Shown: positions 60,565-62,009 of the stretch, piece after piece
Layout: each line of letters starts with the position of its first letter
Numbering within the stretch: the stretch's first letter is position 1
Assembly: GCA_040754455.1 (NCBI GenBank)
Contig: JBFMCP010000018.1
Location: 1-62,009, forward strand
Source of the DNA: Nitrospirota bacterium
Lineage (GTDB): Bacteria > Nitrospirota > Thermodesulfovibrionia > Thermodesulfovibrionales > Dissulfurispiraceae
DNA: 62,009 bases
Direction of reading: 5' to 3'
Program-made: the position numbers and the translations under genes
The notes under the pieces: model-generated
The model's database searches: none
Told to the model about the DNA's origin: nothing
The model's input: only the letters and a program-made list of their open reading frames with translations

Positions 60565-60669
60565 CTAAAAAGGAAAGGCCACAATATGACCCAGATAAAG
60601 CGTTAATCCTACGGCAGCGATATGAAGAATCCACCAGCCGGGCTTATATCTCATAAAGTATTTGAGCAC
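60565..60669 (-). CDS. Micro-peptide 2 (MLKYFMRYKPGWWILHIAAVGLTLYLGHIVAFPF)
   Basis: GTG start just after GGAGGTAA at the end of peptide 1 (alternative ATG at 60654); paralogous to peptide 1; not in the ORF track. Confidence 0.7.
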   Translation of the reverse strand: MLKYFMRYKPGWWILHIAAVGLTLYLGHIVAFPF

Positions 60670-60670
60670 A

Positions 60671-60784
60671 TTACCTCCAGAAAATATGACCGAGGGTATA
60701 GACGATTGTTATTCCCACGAGGTGGATAATCCACCAGCCAGGCCGCAGAAAACTGATCTTCCTTGAAAAGCTCCCTTTCTCCAT
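60671..60784 (-). CDS. Micro-peptide 1 (MEKGSFSRKISFLRPGWWIIHLVGITIVYTLGHIFWR)
   Basis: GGGAGGAG RBS; single TM helix with PGWWxxH-x11-H. Confidence 0.75.
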   Translation of the reverse strand: MEKGSFSRKISFLRPGWWIIHLVGITIVYTLGHIFWR

Positions 60785-61015
60785 GTTCTGCTCCTCCCGT
60801 TTCGTTACCAATGCATCAAGTGCTCTAGTAGAGAGTATCACTTTTCGGGAATGATGTAAATTGGTGAAAATACTTTTCATGTGACGGCGCTCACATGACG
60901 TTGAACCTCTTCCGCAAGGTGTTCGTACCGTGAATAGGGAAATGTTTTCCGCACAGGAAAAAACTCCTGCGCTCGAATTCCGATTGCTGTCCGCGAGATT
61001 GCGCAGATCCAGCAG

Positions 61016-61277
61016 GGCGATCATGTGGGCAACAGCATCGAGATCGCGAAAAAGACGGGGGCAAAGCTCGTCGCTACTGCTGACCTTGCACGCGCTATGG
61101 TATAGTTTCGGCCGGTTTCCCGTGAGCCAGGCCGGCATGGATGCGATGGGCCATTTCAGCGGCACCATTCCGCTCCTTGACGGAACTCCTGAGGTGTTCG
61201 AGAAGGAGATGAAAAAGGAAAAGGTGAAGGCGAAGATGAAAAAGCTGGACGTTAATGGCAGTATAGTGTGGCCGTAA
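61016..61277 (+). pseudogene. Relic of a metallo-beta-lactamase-fold hydrolase (UPF0173-like)
   Basis: [24 protein letters not shown], stop/frameshift, MGHFSGTIPLLDG joined directly to the C-terminal TPEVFEKE...WP*. Confidence 0.6.
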
Positions 61278-61350
61278 AGAAATCGAAGTGCTTGGGATAA
61301 TTATAGAATAAGGGACAGGGCCTTATCCGACATCCCCGGCCCTTACTGTT

Positions 61351-61842
61351 CTATATGAATTTCTGCATCCAGACGAGGTCGAACTCTTTTCCGAACTTCC
61401 TGCCGACCTTTCTGAAGCGGCCGCACTCATCGAAGCCTTTTCTTTTATGAAACGCCAGGCTCTCTTCATTCTGAGAGGAAATGCTCGCGAGGAGCGTCGT
61501 GATCTCCATCTTTTTTGCATCATCGATCAGGGCATCGAAGAGCATGGTCCCCAATCCCTTGTGCAGATAATCAGGTATGATGAAGTACACGACCTCTGCA
61601 GCTCCGCAGAAGGACGCCGAGCAATTGTACTCTTTCAACAGGCCGAAGCCGACTACTTCGCTCTGGTCCTTTTCGATGACATAAAAGGACGTGCCGCAGG
61701 TCATCTCCCTGAGCTGGTCGAAGAGATGTAAGGTCGCTGTTTCGACCGGATGAGCGGCGAAACTGTTCTTTACGTAGTGATTAAATATGCCGACGATCTT
61801 GCTACCGTCGGACTCCCGTACCCGTCGAATGCTGAATTCCAT
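61351..61842 (-). CDS. GNAT N-acetyltransferase (phosphinothricin acetyltransferase-like)
   Basis: IFNHYV, KGLGT, NEESLAFH...GF..CG....VGRKFG...DLVWMQ. Confidence 0.9.
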   Translation of the reverse strand: MEFSIRRVRESDGSKIVGIFNHYVKNSFAAHPVETATLHLFDQLREMTCGTSFYVIEKDQSEVVGFGLLKEYNCSASFCGAAEVVYFIIPDYLHKGLGTMLFDALIDDAKKMEITTLLASISSQNEESLAFHKRKGFDECGRFRKVGRKFGKEFDLVWMQKFI

Positions 61843-61885
61843 CGATGCTCCTATCTACAATAAGATGTGGTCTTATAGTATACCC

Positions 61886-62009
61886 TAAACCCCTCCCCAT
61901 TGTCAAGACAGAAAAATGGGTTGTATTTGGTGGATTAGCCTGCAGGCATCTCCATCATCATGGTTATTATTGCCGCCGAAGTAAACTTCATGCGGCGTCC
62001 GATATCCAA
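61886..62009 (-). mobile_element. Right end of a second IS3-family element with the transposase C-terminus (partial)
   Basis: Minus frame 62007-61903 reads GYRTPHEVYFG...IFLS*, with the stop inside the IR-like CTGTCTTGACAATGGGGAGGGGTTTA. Confidence 0.75.

Overview
A 62 kb bacterial chromosomal segment of moderate GC using the standard genetic code. The gene content suggests an anaerobe such as Nitrospirota/Thermodesulfovibrionia or Desulfobacterota (inference only). Both ends break inside insertion sequences: an IS1202/ISNCY-like end at 1-127 and an IS3-family end at about 61886-62009. Housekeeping genes include hisD, gyrA, purF, uvrB, acs, actP, cutA, arfB, sodC, a cold-shock protein and a DEAD-box helicase. 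An acetate-uptake cluster contains an SSS-fused CbrA-like kinase, two response regulators, two cNMP-CBS-DUF294 nucleotidyltransferases, a DEDDh nuclease, DUF485, actP and acs. There is also a frameshifted IS3 copy, several gene relics and several structured intergenic repeats. The best new candidate is missing from the ORF track: a ~40-codon peptide gene at 50850-50972 ending C-H-K-UGA-K-G-UGA-K-S-UGA. It is followed by a SECIS-like hairpin, a second terminator-like hairpin and a radical SAM/SPASM maturase (51082-52128), and looks like a di-selenocysteine RiPP system. A second candidate is a pair of tandem paralogous micro-peptides (PGWWxxH-x11-H) upstream of a His-containing membrane protein (60150-60784).
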